DNA from: Azolla caroliniana
Taxonomy: Eukaryota > Plantae > Polypodiophyta
Direction of reading: 5' to 3'
Length of the DNA: 64,000 nt
Assembly: GCA_043228905.1 (NCBI GenBank)
Contig: JBHGNT010000007.1
Coordinates: 9,858,001 to 9,922,000, forward strand
The position numbers and the translations under genes were made by a program. Positions 10,360 to 24,444 of this stretch are shown here, piece by piece. Each line of letters begins with the position of its first letter. Within the stretch, counting starts at the first letter, position 1. The notes beneath the pieces were generated by a model, which saw only the letters and a program-made list of their open reading frames with translations, did no database searches and was not told the origin of the DNA.

Positions 10360-13300
10360 AATCTTGATCAAGATGAATTTCCGGATGCCACATTGTTTAA
10401 AATTACATCAGAAACCACAGTAGATGGGACAGTCGCGGATGAGGACAAATGGCTAACGAATATGCACCAGTTCTTAAGCACCAGACTACCCCCACAGGAG
10501 ATGAACCAGGATGAATGTAAACGGTTGGCGTTGCAAAGCCAACACTTTTGTCTAGTGCAAGATATCCTGTATCATAAAGGAGCGGACGGCATATGGCGGC
10601 GAGCGGTCCGAAGTGATGAAAAAGACACCATTTTACGAGAAGCGTTGTCGTGCCCTTCGGCTCCGGATCGTTGCGTGAGTCGGGTGGGAACCGCCGAGGT
10701 TTTTGACTAGGAGGAAGAGGAATACAACTTAAGGCTAGTTATGAATAATGGAAAGAGAAGTAAGATAGCAATCTCGTGAATCCCACGAGTTTAGTGTAAT
10801 TAAAACAATATTTAGATTATAAGAGCAATTAGATGGCAAAATTCGTGAATCCCACGAATATATTAGATTGATCAATCCTTGTATATTAATCAACAACCTT
10901 ATACATATTTCTCTCCTCCTTATATAAAGATGGAAGAGGCTAAGCATGGCTTCATGCTTTTTCACCTAAAGTGTCCATGCACACTAAATGTGCATGTGAT
11001 GCTTTGTCATTTCCTAAATATAGGGCTCATGCACGCTAGATGTGCATGAGTCACTTTTAATGTCACGTGTAAATAAAATATTCACACTCTAAAGAATACA
11101 TGATTTTTACCTTTTAATAAAGGTATGTGTAAATAAAGGTCTTATACGTATTAAATCTATATTTATAACACTAAAGATAAGTTATTACAATGTTAAAGTT
11201 GGGGTTTATCTACGTGGAGGTGCATGGTTTGAATCCTGCCCTATGCACGTGATAAATTCTTTTGATATATTATTTATTTACTTATATGTATCTAAAATCG
11301 GATATATTATTTTATGGTTTTCACGTAGTGTGTGGAATACACTACGACAGCGCATTGTGGGGTCGTCGGAGGACATTATGCCGTGAAGCTACCACAAGGA
11401 AAATATGGTGCAGCGGCTTATGGTGGCCAACATCACTAAAGGACTCGGTCTGATATACGAAGGAATGTGATCTGTGTCAAAGAATGGACCAGCCAACAGA
11501 ACAAGCATGTATGCCGCACCAGCCGGTACTATCTCTAGAGCCATTCCAGAAATGGGGGTTGGACTTCATTGGACCATTCAAGCCACTGGCAATGCGAACT
11601 AGCAACAAGTACATAACTATCGCCACAGATTATTGTACAAAATGGGTTGAAGCCAAGGCACTACGGGACAATAATGCGGCGTCAACAACAAAGTTCTTGT
11701 ACGAGTACATCTGGTGCCAGTATGGATGTCCAATCGAATTAATCAGCGACCAAGGTGGACACTTCCTCGGCCAAGTGGTGGAAAGCCTAACAACATTTTA
11801 TGCGGTCGTACACAAGCGAAGCACCCCTTATTACCCGTAGGCCAATGAATTGGCCGAGTCCACCAATAAAACTCTGCAGAACATTCTCCGAAAGATTGTC
11901 AATGAGAACCGAACCGATTGGGATACAAAGCTGCATAGCGCGTTATGGGCTTACCAGACGGCATACAAAACAAGTATCCAGACAACACCATTCCGGTTAG
12001 CGTTTGGTCTCGAAGCGGTGATGCCAATTGAGTTCCAAATTCCAAGCTTACGGATATAGGTCCAGGAGCAGCTAAGTGAGAAGGAGTCGAAAAAAATCCG
12101 GTTAACAACATTATCCAAGTTGGAGCAGCACCGAATAGCGAGCCTAATGCAGATGGAACTCGAGCAACAACGAAGGAAAGCATTCGTCGACCGCCACCGA
12201 AAGGGTAACGAGAAGATGTTTGGCATCGGCAAGCCAATACTAGTGTTCCAGACCCAGATGGGCAAGATGTCGGGGAAGCTACGGTTCATATTGGATAACG
12301 CGAGAGTTCAACGGCTCATATCAATTGGGAACATTAGCCGGCGAGGTGCTAGACAAGTGGGTAAATGGGTTCCGACTTAAACCATATTACTGACCCATGC
12401 CACGGAACCCGTTTCATCAAACGAAGAACAATGCGGAAATAGGCAGCGGCAACCAGTTCACGGGCAACCATGAAGAACAACAAACAAGGGAGCCGAGGTT
12501 ACCGGGTAACCGGAACTAAAAAAAAAAAAGATCATCATGCAGAGGCGAGGAAAAAACGAAAACCTCGAAAAGCTGTAGTGGCTATTTAAAGCCTAGTTAA
12601 AGCGCACCACGTGTCACACAGTAGTACACGATGTGCATGCACGGGAATCAAGAAAGGCGCCAAGCATGGGAACAAGAAACCTCTGCCTCGTAGAGTCTCT
12701 TTCATTTCACGAACATAGAGCATTGAGCGCACAAACGACAATACAAGTGAACAGACGAACGCAAGAAGCACAAACAAGCACATCGGCCCTACCTAACCCC
12801 GCAGAACCAGAAGACGAGATGGAACCTATGGCACTTTCCGAAACAGCCAAGAAGTGGTTCAACCAACATGGGTTGGGAGGCTTCCTGAGGATAGCAGAGG
12901 CACCGCCGCATGACGAAGCAGAAGAAGTTGTGTAGAAAATCGACACAGAAATCATAACGGAGGAATCCATCCACGCGCTAATCGGACTACCGGAAGGGGG
13001 TATCTATTCGATCAAGAACCCTTCTCCTGAAACACTAACCAAGTTTTTTGGCGAGTATTCCCTCGTTAGTAAGGCTCACTGGACACAGGTCGGCGAGGAC
13101 CCCCTGTTCAGAGAAGTGGCTCGTGTCCTCCACGAGTATGGGTTCGTGTACCCCCGACCCCAGGCAATGCCAAAGAACAAAGTCGGTTTCATCATTGCTA
13201 CGTACACAAGGGTGCAAGTCGATTGGTCAGTAATCATCACCGATTGCTTGCGGACAGCGATAGAATCAGTGCAGAATGGCAAGAAATTATGGACGGTCGT

Positions 13301-16161
13301 GGCTTAGTGGCTAACTCTTTTGGCGCCACCGGTGGAGCCGGTAAGGACGAAGAAGCGGGTTCGCATAACGGAGACTACGCCCAACAAACCTTCAAAACGG
13401 TAGCAACTCCTGGCCAAGCAGACGCCCGGATGGAAAGAGGGTAGTACGCAGCAAGGGAAAGAACCGCCTAGCTGGAAGAGGCAAGCAAAGACAGAAACAT
13501 TGGTGGAGCCACCAATAAGGCCTCTGAAAATTAAGTTTCGCCGACAGGAACAAGAGCCAGACCCCTTCGAAACAAAAATCAATATCAGGACCCAAGAGGA
13601 GGAGGCAGAGTAAGACCCACCGATAACCTCCTACGTCGCCAGAAGCATAGTGACGCAGAGCAGAAGGGGGACGAATCGGGTCCGGTGAAGGTCAGCGCAC
13701 CGACACCCCGCTCCGAGGGACCGGAGCCAAGTAAGGAGGCAGAACTGGTTCAACCAGAACCGATGGAAGAGTTACCTATGCGGCAAGAAGCAGCAGTGTT
13801 GGTGGTCCAAGAACTGGTGATTGAATTGCCTACCTCACCAGGGCAGCAGGCACAGTAAGAGCAGGAATTGTCACTGCAATCAACAATCCAAAAAGGGCTT
13901 CTGGCGAGAACAGAGGCCACGCCACAATGACAACCGGCACGACATAAAGGCACGGGCAATCAATGGCTACGGTGGATCGACGAGCAGGTGGCCGGGGTTA
14001 TGTGCCAAATAGAAATGGAGGAGAGAGCACAAGGGAACCGGTTGTTCGCCACAACCGAAGAACTTGAGAAGGCCTGGTCGAGGATCCGGAGCATGGAAGA
14101 AGAAATTGTGCAGGCCAAAGCAGGGGCGGCTAAGCAAGTCACAGAAGGACCAAGACTACCCGAACTAGTGGCTCCGGGGAATGAACAGACTGATCAGGTG
14201 TTGGTAACTAAAATAGCACCAAGTGCAAATAATGCACAAGAACAAGAACTCGCCACTCTCAGAGAGGAATTGGTAGCCCAAGAGGCCTTAAGGGCTAGAG
14301 AACGAGACCTGAAGAAGGCGGCGGAGGAAGAACAATAGAAAACGGCATAGAACCTCCGAAGAGCCAAGGACAATCTACGGAAAGGTCATCAAGCATATGA
14401 CCGATTGAAGGAAGAAAAAGACAAGTTGTTGCAAGAACGGGAGAAACTCTGGCGATCGGCGGAAGTCGAGATTGAGCAGCTCCAAGAAGAACTCTGGCAA
14501 CAGAAGGACCGGGAGGATCGGGCTCGACGCCAAATCAACCAGAGGCTGAAACAGAAAACGGAGGATTTTGACAGGTTGCACTGGGGTCACAAGCACCTAG
14601 AGGCGGAACACAAGAAATTGATGGCAAAAGGTGACCGGCAAAAGGCGGAACTCCGGGATGAAGTCCACAGGACGGCAGCAGCATTAGCGGATGAAAGGAC
14701 CAAGGGAGTCGAAGCGGCAAAGATGCTGGCAGAAGCGGCGAAGGACAAACTGGAGCTTACCCGTCAGCATCATGAGGAGATGGAACGAGCAAAGATGGCT
14801 CAGAACAGAGTTCAAACGACTTATCAGACACAACTGATGCAATATAAGGGACAATCTGAGGCAACCGCGATCCTCATAAAGCAATTAAAGGATGAAAAGC
14901 ATGTAGCAGAGGAGAAGTCAAAGATGGGACTTGACCGTATCCGAGATATTGTATAGACATGGAGGGACCGGACGAAGAAGTTAGTTGAAGAAAGTTCAGT
15001 ACAGTGGTGGTCCAAATGGACAAAGCAGGCAGCCGAGTTGCAGGTCTTGCGAGCGGATGCAGAGAACCGGCAAAAGGACAGCGATAACTTCGACAAACTT
15101 GACGCGGAAAGCATTGTGACCATATAGGAGGAGTTATCGGATGACTTCTTGTCCTTGGCCAGAGAGCAACTAGTGGTGGTGGAACAGCTAGATGACGACC
15201 AGCTGGATACCCAATTCCAGTTCAAGCATTACGAACGAGAGTGGAGACAACAAATGGAGCCTAGAAGAACAGTGGCAATTAACATTAGTGACGAAGAGAA
15301 ATCTCCAGAGCAGACGCCGAATGCAACAGAAACCAGAGAAAGCTAGACAAAAGTCGTTGAAGAGGAGCAGCCGAAGGTAGCTGGCCCGAAAGAGCCAATG
15401 CAAGCTGGACATCAGGAGCAAGAGGAGCCCCAAACATATGAGCCGAACATGGATGCCTGGAAGGGATTGGAACCGGAAGGGATGAAAGTCAGAGAGGAGC
15501 AGGCCGGAGAGCAACAACAACAGTAGCCACAACAACAAACAGAGCAACTACCCGAAGAACCTCTAGAACCCTTGGACCAAAGCATTCTGGACATTTTGAC
15601 AGACGAGTGATAAAGGGCTAACCGTGGGTTCAACGTACAACGTACTGTCCCATGGGCGTGCCATGTGTTGGTCGGCAAGGCAAAAGGGCCGGTTAGAGTC
15701 CAGAATGTTAAAGGGGTATTTAATTAGGAAAAGGAAGTTGAAATTAATAAGTATTATCTTATTTTGAGAATTAATAAGTATTATGTTATTTTGAGAAGCG
15801 GACGGACGGACCCAGAATCGGTATGCCGATTCGGATCCGGACCGAATCGTTGCCGGTTGCCGGTTGGCACTGGTTTGTAACTCAGTTGGAGACCTATAAA
15901 AGGACCTGGCAAGAATGTAATAAACGACAGATAATTAATAGAAGTGTTGTTGTTTACGTATGTTTAGTGTCTATCTAGTTACCGTCCTATGCTTAGTATA
16001 ATTAATCTTACGCATGTGTTACGATCATTAACAATGCCGGTTAGTAACCGGTTAAGACCCATTCGATAAGACGGTCCATCCATATCTCCCCATACCACTC
16101 TTTGGTGAAGTGTTCCATAGGGACACCCTGTGTTAAGGCTTGTCTAGCCTAAGGGATAACA
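10360..16161 (+). mobile_element. Decayed Tat/Athila-like Ty3/gypsy 3' half: integrase, extra coiled-coil ORF and 3' LTR
   Basis: Integrase ILREA|HCGVVGGH...LEPFQKWGLDFIGP...ISDQG...AESTNK spans 10390-12390. A stop-riddled long ORF runs 12630-15610. A purine tract near 15710 precedes an LTR-like end (to ATAACA ~16161) that resembles 49300-49633. Confidence 0.8.
10646..11349. mobile_element. Solo LTR inserted into the integrase gene
   Basis: TGTCGT...ACGACA termini with flanks GCGT (10642-10645) and GCGC (11350-11353). Removing it restores the codons gaa gcg cat tgt (EAHC). Confidence 0.85.
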
Positions 16162-16169
16162 CTTGCTGG

Positions 16170-18615
16170 CCTCTACCACTGCCATATACTCTGCCTCTGT
16201 GGTCGACAAGGCCACAGACTTTTATAGTCGTGACTGCCATGACACTGCTCACCCTACATAGGTCATCACGTACCTGACGTGGATTGGCTTAAATCTACAT
16301 CCCCCGACATGTCCGAGTTTGTAAACCCTTCGAGCATGGGTTTTCCGATACCATACCTTAGGCATTATACCCTCGAGGTGCCTTTTAAGTACCTGAGTAT
16401 CCACTTCACCACTGCCCAATGTTCTCTTCCTAGATTACTCATATATCGGCTTACTGTTCCCATAGCAAAAGCTATGTCTGGTCTCATGCAGACCATAACA
16501 TACATTAGACTTCTGATGGCTGAGGCATATGGTATTTTCCTCATCTCAGCCTTTTCTTTCTCCCTCTCGGCCATTGCTTTGCATTTAACTTGTAGTTAGT
16601 CAGTAACACATAGCCGACCGGCTTTGCTTCTGACATGTTGAATCTTTCTAGGATCTTCGTCATGCATTTCTCTTTTGACAACCATAGCACTTTCTTAGTT
16701 TTGTCCGGAACTATGGCATCCCTAAGATCTATTTAGCCAGACCAAGAACTTTCATGGCAAACGATTTGCCTAAAGTTTTCTTCAAGCTTCCGATCTTCCT
16801 TGTATCTTGACCGATTATCAACATGTCGTCTACATATAATAAGAGAATCAAGAAATCACCTTCATTGTACCTTTTGACAAACACATAGTGATCAGTCTAT
16901 GTTTTCTAGAACCCATGTTCCACCGTGAAGGACTCGAACTTCTTGTACCATTGGTGTAGAGCTTGGTTTAGGCCATACAAGCTTTTCTTCAATCAACACA
17001 CCAGATTCTCTTTCCCTTTCTCCACAAAACCTTCGGGTTGCTGCATGTAGATCTCTTCATCCAACTCCCCGTGCAAGAATGTCGTCTTGACATCCAACTG
17101 TTCGTTCTCCAGATCCATGCTGGCAGCTATGCTCGGAACAGTTCTAATGGATATCATCTTCACGACTCGAGCGAATATTTTGTCAAAGTCGACGCCCTTT
17201 TTCTGTTGGAAACCCTTCACCACAATATGGGCTTTATACCTAGGCACACTGTCGACTTCTCCAGTCATCACCTCGTAGACCCATTTGTTCCTGAGTGCTC
17301 TCTTACCTTTCGGTAATTCTACCAAGTCGTAGGTGTAAGTTTTGTGCAAGGAGTCCATCTCATCTTGCATCGCGTTCAACCATTTCTTTCTGTGCTCGTC
17401 GGCAATGGCTTCATCATAGCACTCTAGCTCACCTTCATCAGTCAAGAGGATGTATTGACTAGTATATGTTGCCAGTGCTCTCCTTTCTCTGAGTGGGTAT
17501 CTACTTCCACTCATTGTCGAGTCTCGTTCAGGTGTCTCTCCCGACTCTCCTCTTGGCTCGGGTTCATATATGTCGATCGGCCTCTCAAGGCCGAACGACT
17601 CCAACTCGTATTCCTAGATCGAACTTAGCAACTTAATTGACTCAAACTCATAGTCAATCGGTCTCTCCCAGTCAACCGGCTATCTCCGAACAGTCAACTG
17701 TGTCAGTTCACTTGGTCTCAAATCGATAGTGGTAGAGGTTGATTGCGTAGTCAATTCCGATTTCTGTTGCTTCCAATCATCTATTGTCTTGTCTTCCAAG
17801 AAGACTACATCCCGACTCCTCACTACTTTCTTGTCGACTAGGTCCCATAGCCTATAGTTGAACTCATCTTCCGAGTATCCCATGAATATGCATGGTTTTG
17901 CCTTGTTGTCGAGCTTTGACATCTAATCCTTAGCCACATGCATATACAATAAACATCGGAACACCCTCAGGTGTCGGTAGGAGACTTCCTTTCCTGTCCA
18001 CACCCTTTATGGGACATCACCCTTCAATGGCACTGAGGGAGACCTGTTGATCAGATAAACAACTCTATACATCGCCTCAGCCCAATAGGATTTCGGCAGT
18101 TTAGCATTAGAGAGCATGCTCCTTACTCTCTCCATGATTGTTCGATTCATCCTCTTTGCAAGCCCATTCAACTCAGGGGTCTTTGGTATGGTGTATTTGA
18201 TTCGAATATCCTGGGCTTTGTAGTATTCCGCAAACTACCCTTTATATTCACCACCATTGTCGGTTCAGACAACCTTCAACTTCTGACCCAACCCCCGTTC
18301 AGCTTTTGCCTGGAACTCCTTGAAGAATGACACTACTTGATCTTTTGACTTTAATACGAAAGCCCACAACTTCTAACTGTAGTCATCGATGAAGGTCACA
18401 ATGTATTGTCCGCCTCGGTGTGACGGAGCATCTACATAGCACACATCCGTGTGTACTAGTTCCAGTGGCACTTCTCTTCTCCTTGATGGTCTAGAGTGGA
18501 ATGCTGCTCAATTCTGCTTTCCGACTAAACAGTCGACACACTTCTCCAGGTGCACTCCCTTTACTTCTGGTAGAAGCCTCTGGTTGGCCAACAAATGCAG
18601 TCCCTTCTCACTCAT
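16170..18615 (-). mobile_element. Ty1/copia pol pseudogene (integrase, RT, RNase H start)
   Basis: SKLDNKAKPCIFMGYS, KALRNKWVY, QLDVKTTFLHGELDEEIYMQQPEGF, YVDDML and IPYASAIRSLMY, with many stops. Confidence 0.9.
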
Positions 18616-21085
18616 GTTATTAGAGATATGAACTAATGTAGGTATTGACCTCTTACGCATATGACACAAATTGGATATCAAATATATGGCAATTGAGGTA
18701 TTGACCTCATGCGCATATATGTGTATGTTTTATACAACCAAACTATTACCACTACAACATAATTGAATGAATGAAATTATATATATTAACTTAAACATTA
18801 TTAGAATGGGAAAAGAAAGAATAGAGAAAAAAATTAAGGGAAGTACCCATACCTAGTATTGGCGCGCTCACTACAAGAGTTGATCACCACAAGATTAGAG
18901 TCTCGATGAAGTCAATAATGTATCAAATGAGGATAGTTAGGCCTCATATTTATAGCCAAACCTAAGGCCCCCAGGCAAGTTCACACTTGGCCTTAATGGG
19001 TTGTCTCAATCCCTAGGATTAAAAGTAATCCTCCCTTCTTTACACTCTCGTTTAACCCTCACACTTTATCCACGTGTATAGAATACTATGGTACAATCTT
19101 ACCACGAGATAATTTATGGTCATGCCCATAACAGTATATATGAAAACAAACTTCTATTACATATGATAGTAGCTCACAATGGTAGTCCTCCCATGCTCTC
19201 ACACCTTAGAGCTTAGATGGGATATGAACTAGTCGACAACAAGTTAGTGGAAACAAATAATAGTCACAAACATTGTGTAAGAGAAAGAGAGTGGATATTA
19301 ATATTCTTTGTTTGATCTCATTCTCACATTAAATCTACAAGTCAAATGATAGCAGTGGGGAATCAGGATATTCCTTTTCTTTCAACTTACTTGTCAGTTA
19401 ATATGACCAGCTCCCTATATACAAACTAATGTTAGATAATACTTATCTCAAAGTCAATGGCACATACTACAAGGCAATGTACATCTTAACTTGGTAATAG
19501 AAAAAATATTCATATGGTCAATTGACAGGACTAGTCAAACCATTACCCTACTTCCCTCTTTCCAAATACATTTTGTCCTACTCATCTATAATTCCCACAT
19601 TGACTCCTCAGCAACCCATATGGTCAAGTTGTATAATAGCTATTCCTCATTTGGGTGTTGTCACAAAATGTGCACTCTAAGAATACATGTAGGGATAAAC
19701 TGACAATTTGTGGTTGATCATTGATTATATTTAGCAAGATCTTACTAGTAAAATCTTGCACAAGTAAGCTTGCATTGTAACTTGATGTTACCTCAATAAA
19801 AGTTGTTTTCCCCGATCTCATGGACTATGATGCAAGATGGATCATGATGACATGTTACATGTGGATTGAGTATGGCAGGATTTAATATAGCTGGCAAAGT
19901 TATTTTTCCAAGCAATGAACTCAAGTAAAAAGAAATTTATGAAAATTTCTTTTATATATATATATATATACACTAATAACTTGTATGTTAGTAATGTGCT
20001 ACAAAAAGAAATATTTTTTGACATTGAAAACAATTATTGAACAATAATATTGGATATCAATAAAGTTTGTGCTTAACAAATAATGAATAACTTGTTGAGA
20101 TCAGGTGAGTTCGAAGATTCACATTGTTGTGAAATCTTGCCTTAAATGTCTTATGGCTTTTGTTGATTTTAGAATGCATTTATTTTGATTCTAGAGTTAA
20201 TGTTCTTTATTTGGATTCACACTTTTGTTTGGATTCCCATGTTCATATTCACAAGAATAATATTTAAAAATGCTCTTCTGTTCAAAGAAGAGTTCCTTTG
20301 AGCCAAGAGTTGCACCCCAAAATGGTCTGGGCTAAAGATAAGAGTTATTTTGAGCTTGCAGTTTCTTCATGTTTGTCTTTTGATTATGTTCTACAAGCTT
20401 TTCCATCCTACATGCAAATGTATTGAATATGTAGTTTGAGTTGTATCTATAATGAACATAAGATTATAATTCCTTCTCCATAAATCGGTTACCATCTTGG
20501 ACAAGTGATCTCCAGTTTCTTTATACCTCTCCTCCAATGAGTATATTCACAGCAGTTATATGATACTGTGCCAGCAAACCAGACCAATCCCTATCAATAT
20601 AGAGCTTTTAAAATAGGACAACCAATATGAAAACTCTAGATTGAAAATGATTGAAAACAGAGTTGAAGAAACTGAATCAAGGACCAAAAGTTTTAATATT
20701 TCAATCAAAATTACACTGAATGTAGTACACTCAATTTTATTAGCATATCGATAAGACTTGCATTAGGTACATCTTTTAATCAAATTCATCATACAAAAAT
20801 GACTATCAACAATTTATGTCTAAAAGATAACGCTTTAAGGCATAGGATTTTGGGGTTCATAGACAATGCCTCCAAATTATTGGTTAGGGTTTACGGTTTT
20901 AGGTAGTGTTTAACACTTAGGGGTTTAGGCTAGTGATTAGGGCTTGGGTTTTTGGTTTGATGGGCTTAGGATAGATTTTAGAGGTTAGGTTTCAGCAGCA
21001 GTGCCTCCCAAGTTAATGCCATCTGGCTATTGTGACTCACATCAAAGAATCAAAAAATTTGCAAAGATACCATCAATTAATCAGA

Positions 21086-22441
21086 TCATAGCTCGAACTC
21101 GTCGTCCTTCAAATCCTCCACTACATGCTCCTCGTCTTCCAACATGAAGTAAGGATTGAAAGGTGCTGGTCTAAACTTGTAACCAGTAAAGATATAAAAT
21201 GCTAGAGTAGCCATTTCCGAAGCAAGTACACTTATCCATGAGTAGCGATAGTAAACCATATTAGCAATGACTACAACCACAATTCGAGTAAAATATATGT
21301 AGCATACCACCACCATGTAATATTGCCTAAACAAAGTGAGTTTCATAAGATTGGTGGCCGCTTTTCCATCAGTTTGAGCCGTCGTCCGAAGCCTTTTTAT
21401 TGACCAAATAATGGGAAGCAATACCGCACAACAACATATAACATCTATTAGAAACATTAACTGGCGCCAATTGAGCCAACCTTGTGAAAAAGGCCCACTT
21501 TCTCCTATTAAAACCTCAGCTATATTAGCCAAAACTTGAAGAGGAATTACTATCATAAGGACCCATTTCTCATTTCCGTGCAAATGAGGTCTTAATATAG
21601 ACCAACCGGTCCCTATTAGCATTATCACTGTGAATAGCATTATACCTTTCAAAAATCCAAATATATACATTGCAATTTCCCACCCGTGAACAACCCCAGT
21701 TTGCTTCATATATGCTTGATCTCCGCCTTCCGAAAACAAGTAAAGCACCTTAAGAGACAATAATGCTCCCATAAGGATATGAATGGAATGGGCAGTTCGC
21801 TTTTGCTTCAGACATATATACATCCAGCTGCAAAACAACATGAAATGGACAGCCGAAAAGGAGAAATACAATACAGGCAATTGGGTCAATCCATCCGAAA
21901 GATAATTTTTCCTTCCATCTTTCCCCTCTAGATTGTAGAAAGAGACGGTCACATCCATGGAGACTTGGGCACCATGGTTACAGTTGATATACAAGAGAGA
22001 GAATAGGTCAGGATTCGGAGGTGAAACACTAGTGTTATAAAGGTCCAAATCACCAGTAATGGTACGAAAATCTTTGAATGTGAGAATGGCAGATCCAAAT
22101 AAAGTCTGCAAAGCACAATCAGGGGCTGGATCATCACGAAGTTCAAGGTTTGTGAGGGTCCATTGATCATCGGTGACGAGAAGAAAGCCAAGTAAAGATG
22201 GATCCGTAACATTCACACCATTATCAATCCATCCCAAATGTACTGCCTCTAGATCCATATGGCCCCTGCTCGTGAATCCAAAGGTGTGTATGTGAATGAC
22301 CCCTCGAGTATCATTGTGAAGAGAGAAATGAACAATTTCTGCATTGCAACTAGAAGACCACAATAGCATCACCATCATCATCATATCCATTGACAATACC
22401 ATTAAAGAGACGTGACATGGGGATGATGGGGCAGTGGCCAT
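21086..22441 (-). CDS. GPR107/GPR108-like (Lung seven-transmembrane receptor family; plant CAND6/7-like) membrane protein
   Basis: Intact 451-aa ORF with an N-terminal signal/TM segment, a luminal domain and seven hydrophobic helices. It carries the family motifs LIGTGWS, IPLQVLANIA, DVICCCAVLLPIIWSI, TDGKAA, LFRQYY, YIYFTRI and GYKFRP.NPY. Confidence 0.93.
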   Translation of the reverse strand: MATAPSSPCHVSLMVLSMDMMMMVMLLWSSSCNAEIVHFSLHNDTRGVIHIHTFGFTSRGHMDLEAVHLGWIDNGVNVTDPSLLGFLLVTDDQWTLTNLELRDDPAPDCALQTLFGSAILTFKDFRTITGDLDLYNTSVSPPNPDLFSLLYINCNHGAQVSMDVTVSFYNLEGKDGRKNYLSDGLTQLPVLYFSFSAVHFMLFCSWMYICLKQKRTAHSIHILMGALLSLKVLYLFSEGGDQAYMKQTGVVHGWEIAMYIFGFLKGIMLFTVIMLIGTGWSILRPHLHGNEKWVLMIVIPLQVLANIAEVLIGESGPFSQGWLNWRQLMFLIDVICCCAVLLPIIWSIKRLRTTAQTDGKAATNLMKLTLFRQYYMVVVCYIYFTRIVVVVIANMVYYRYSWISVLASEMATLAFYIFTGYKFRPAPFNPYFMLEDEEHVVEDLKDDEFEL

Positions 22442-23019
22442 TACGCTTTTTCTTTATGTACGATTCAAAAACAAATCAGCCCACTGTGGATCTGTATATC
22501 TCCTTAATCAAAGACTTATGATTTCTTCCATAGCTTCTATATATTTAACGCTTCGCATAAGAGATTTACAATTTCAACCATAGATCTGAGATTTGATCCC
22601 CACTCACTGTAGGAAGCTTCTTTGGTCATCGATATCATGCATTTCCTCTGCTTCTTAAATGGAGTCTTTTCTCAAGACCTGAGTTGTCGTGAACAAGTCA
22701 GAAAGCTTAGTTCTGTGTCATTGTGTGATAGATCTTATGCCCTTTTTTTTTTATCTGCTTCTCAAAGACTTGTGGTTAGACGCATCTTGCATATAACTTT
22801 CCTCCTTAGATCTGAATAGAAAAGACGAAACAAAAAAACAAAAAAAAAGCGACCTTAACTCGAGAAACTTGAATAATCACATTTGGGTTGTCTTCTGTTT
22901 CTGATGCAAATCTTTCGGTTTGTATCAGGATTTCTTCTATGCTGTTATTGTGCTGATTCTGATTCTTTTAGCTGTGGGGACACTGACACGAACTTCCCTA
23001 TCCCTACCAAGATGAGAAA

Positions 23020-23200
23020 GGAGAAGAAGAAGAAGAAGAAGAAGAAGAAGAAGATAGAGAGAAAAAGGAAGCACCTGAGAAGAAGCTTCTGGATTGATGA
23101 TATCTTGCTTCTTCTTGCTTCTTGCTGCTGCTGCTTCTTCTTCTTCTTCTTCTTCTTCCTTCTTGAAATATATAAGATATATATATATGTGTGTATATAC
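23020..23200. repeat. (AAG)n, (CTT)n and (TA)n microsatellites upstream of the 7TM gene
   Basis: Seen directly. The AAG and CTT tracts are complementary to each other. Confidence 0.9.
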
Positions 23201-24218
23201 ATAGATGTTGGTCAGATTTGAACTCGTAACCTCGAGACCCTTTTCTCTTTAATATATATCTCTCTTTTCGGTATTCCGAAGGAATGGAGAGGGGTTGGAT
23301 GGATGGCATGTCAGTGCCGCGGGGTCCATGTCCTCCTATATGTACATACATACATACACCCCTAGGTCCATGGGAAAAAGAAAAAGAAATAGGAAGGAAG
23401 CGTTGCCTTCTGCTTGCATGCTATCTATGCACCGACCGATGAAGATGGAGGTTCTGCTCCGCTCGCTAAACCGACCGGTGATGGACGCCTTAGCTGACCA
23501 TCGTAGTAGAAAACAGGAAGTGTTTCCTTGGGTTGACTTCCCCATCAAGAGATCCCATGGGGGATGCCTGCTCGAATCCACGCCCTCACAATCTCACCAG
23601 CGAGTGAAAACATCACTCACTTCGAAGGCCGGCTCGGCTTTTTACGAAGCAACGGAAGTGGTGTTTTCTCGTATTGATTATGATGCTCCTAATTGTGTCG
23701 ATGACCGAGGGCCTAGAGCTTCGAGATGGACACATTTGTTAGAACGTGCTGGAGTTCATTCACATCCCACTTCTGATGTAAAAGACCACGCTTCTCTCTC
23801 ACTGAACCACGTCCTTGCCTTGGGAACGCAATCTTTCTTTGCAACCCTTGACATGTGTCTTCTTTGTGAGTTGGGCCTAACCTTCCTCATGGAAAGCTTT
23901 CCTTTCGTGGATCGCTCGATGTAAAAGTGAATTTGAAGGAAATGCCAAGTTTTTATGCTAAGAGGTTAAATTCAACTTTCATTTCATTTAGTGCATCCCT
24001 TTTCATAAGACATTGAGGAAGTTTGAAGTACAACAAATCTTCAAGAAATTTAGGAAAGTTATAGATAAGAGTTTAATAGGAAGCTTGATAACAATTTTAA
24101 TAGAATATTCTTCATCGATTTATGGGTATAAATGTAGGGGTCAAGAAAAAGAAGCTATCACTTCCAAAGCAACATTTCCCCTTATTTGAAAATGTAGTGA
24201 TGAATTTGACCTTCAAAT

Positions 24219-24219
24219 G

Positions 24220-24276
<57 letters not shown>
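24219..24276. repeat. Compound (AT)n(AG)n microsatellite
   Basis: Seen directly. Confidence 0.95.
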
Positions 24277-24280
<4 letters not shown>

Positions 24281-24444
24281 GAACATCCGTAGGAGATTGA
24301 TTGGGATCTATGGGTGAGATCTTTATAAAAAGAGAGATAACTAATAAATAAAGGGGGGTGTCTACGCCCACACCCTCAATTTCCTATTGTACACCTCTTT
24401 TTCTTTCTTTTATGAGATATATAAATCAAATGGGTTATTGTCTC

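Noticed and set aside
18615-19133. Possible solo LTR (TGTTAT...ATAACA)
   Set aside because: The termini fit, but there is no matching TSD, PBS or second copy in the window.
20840-20990. Degenerate TTTAGGG-like tract downstream of the 7TM gene
   Set aside because: Short and highly degenerate, a common low-complexity feature in plant genomes.
22883-23924. ORFs with poly-K/F/S runs and the 209-aa ORF
   Set aside because: They arise from microsatellites or have no recognisable domain.
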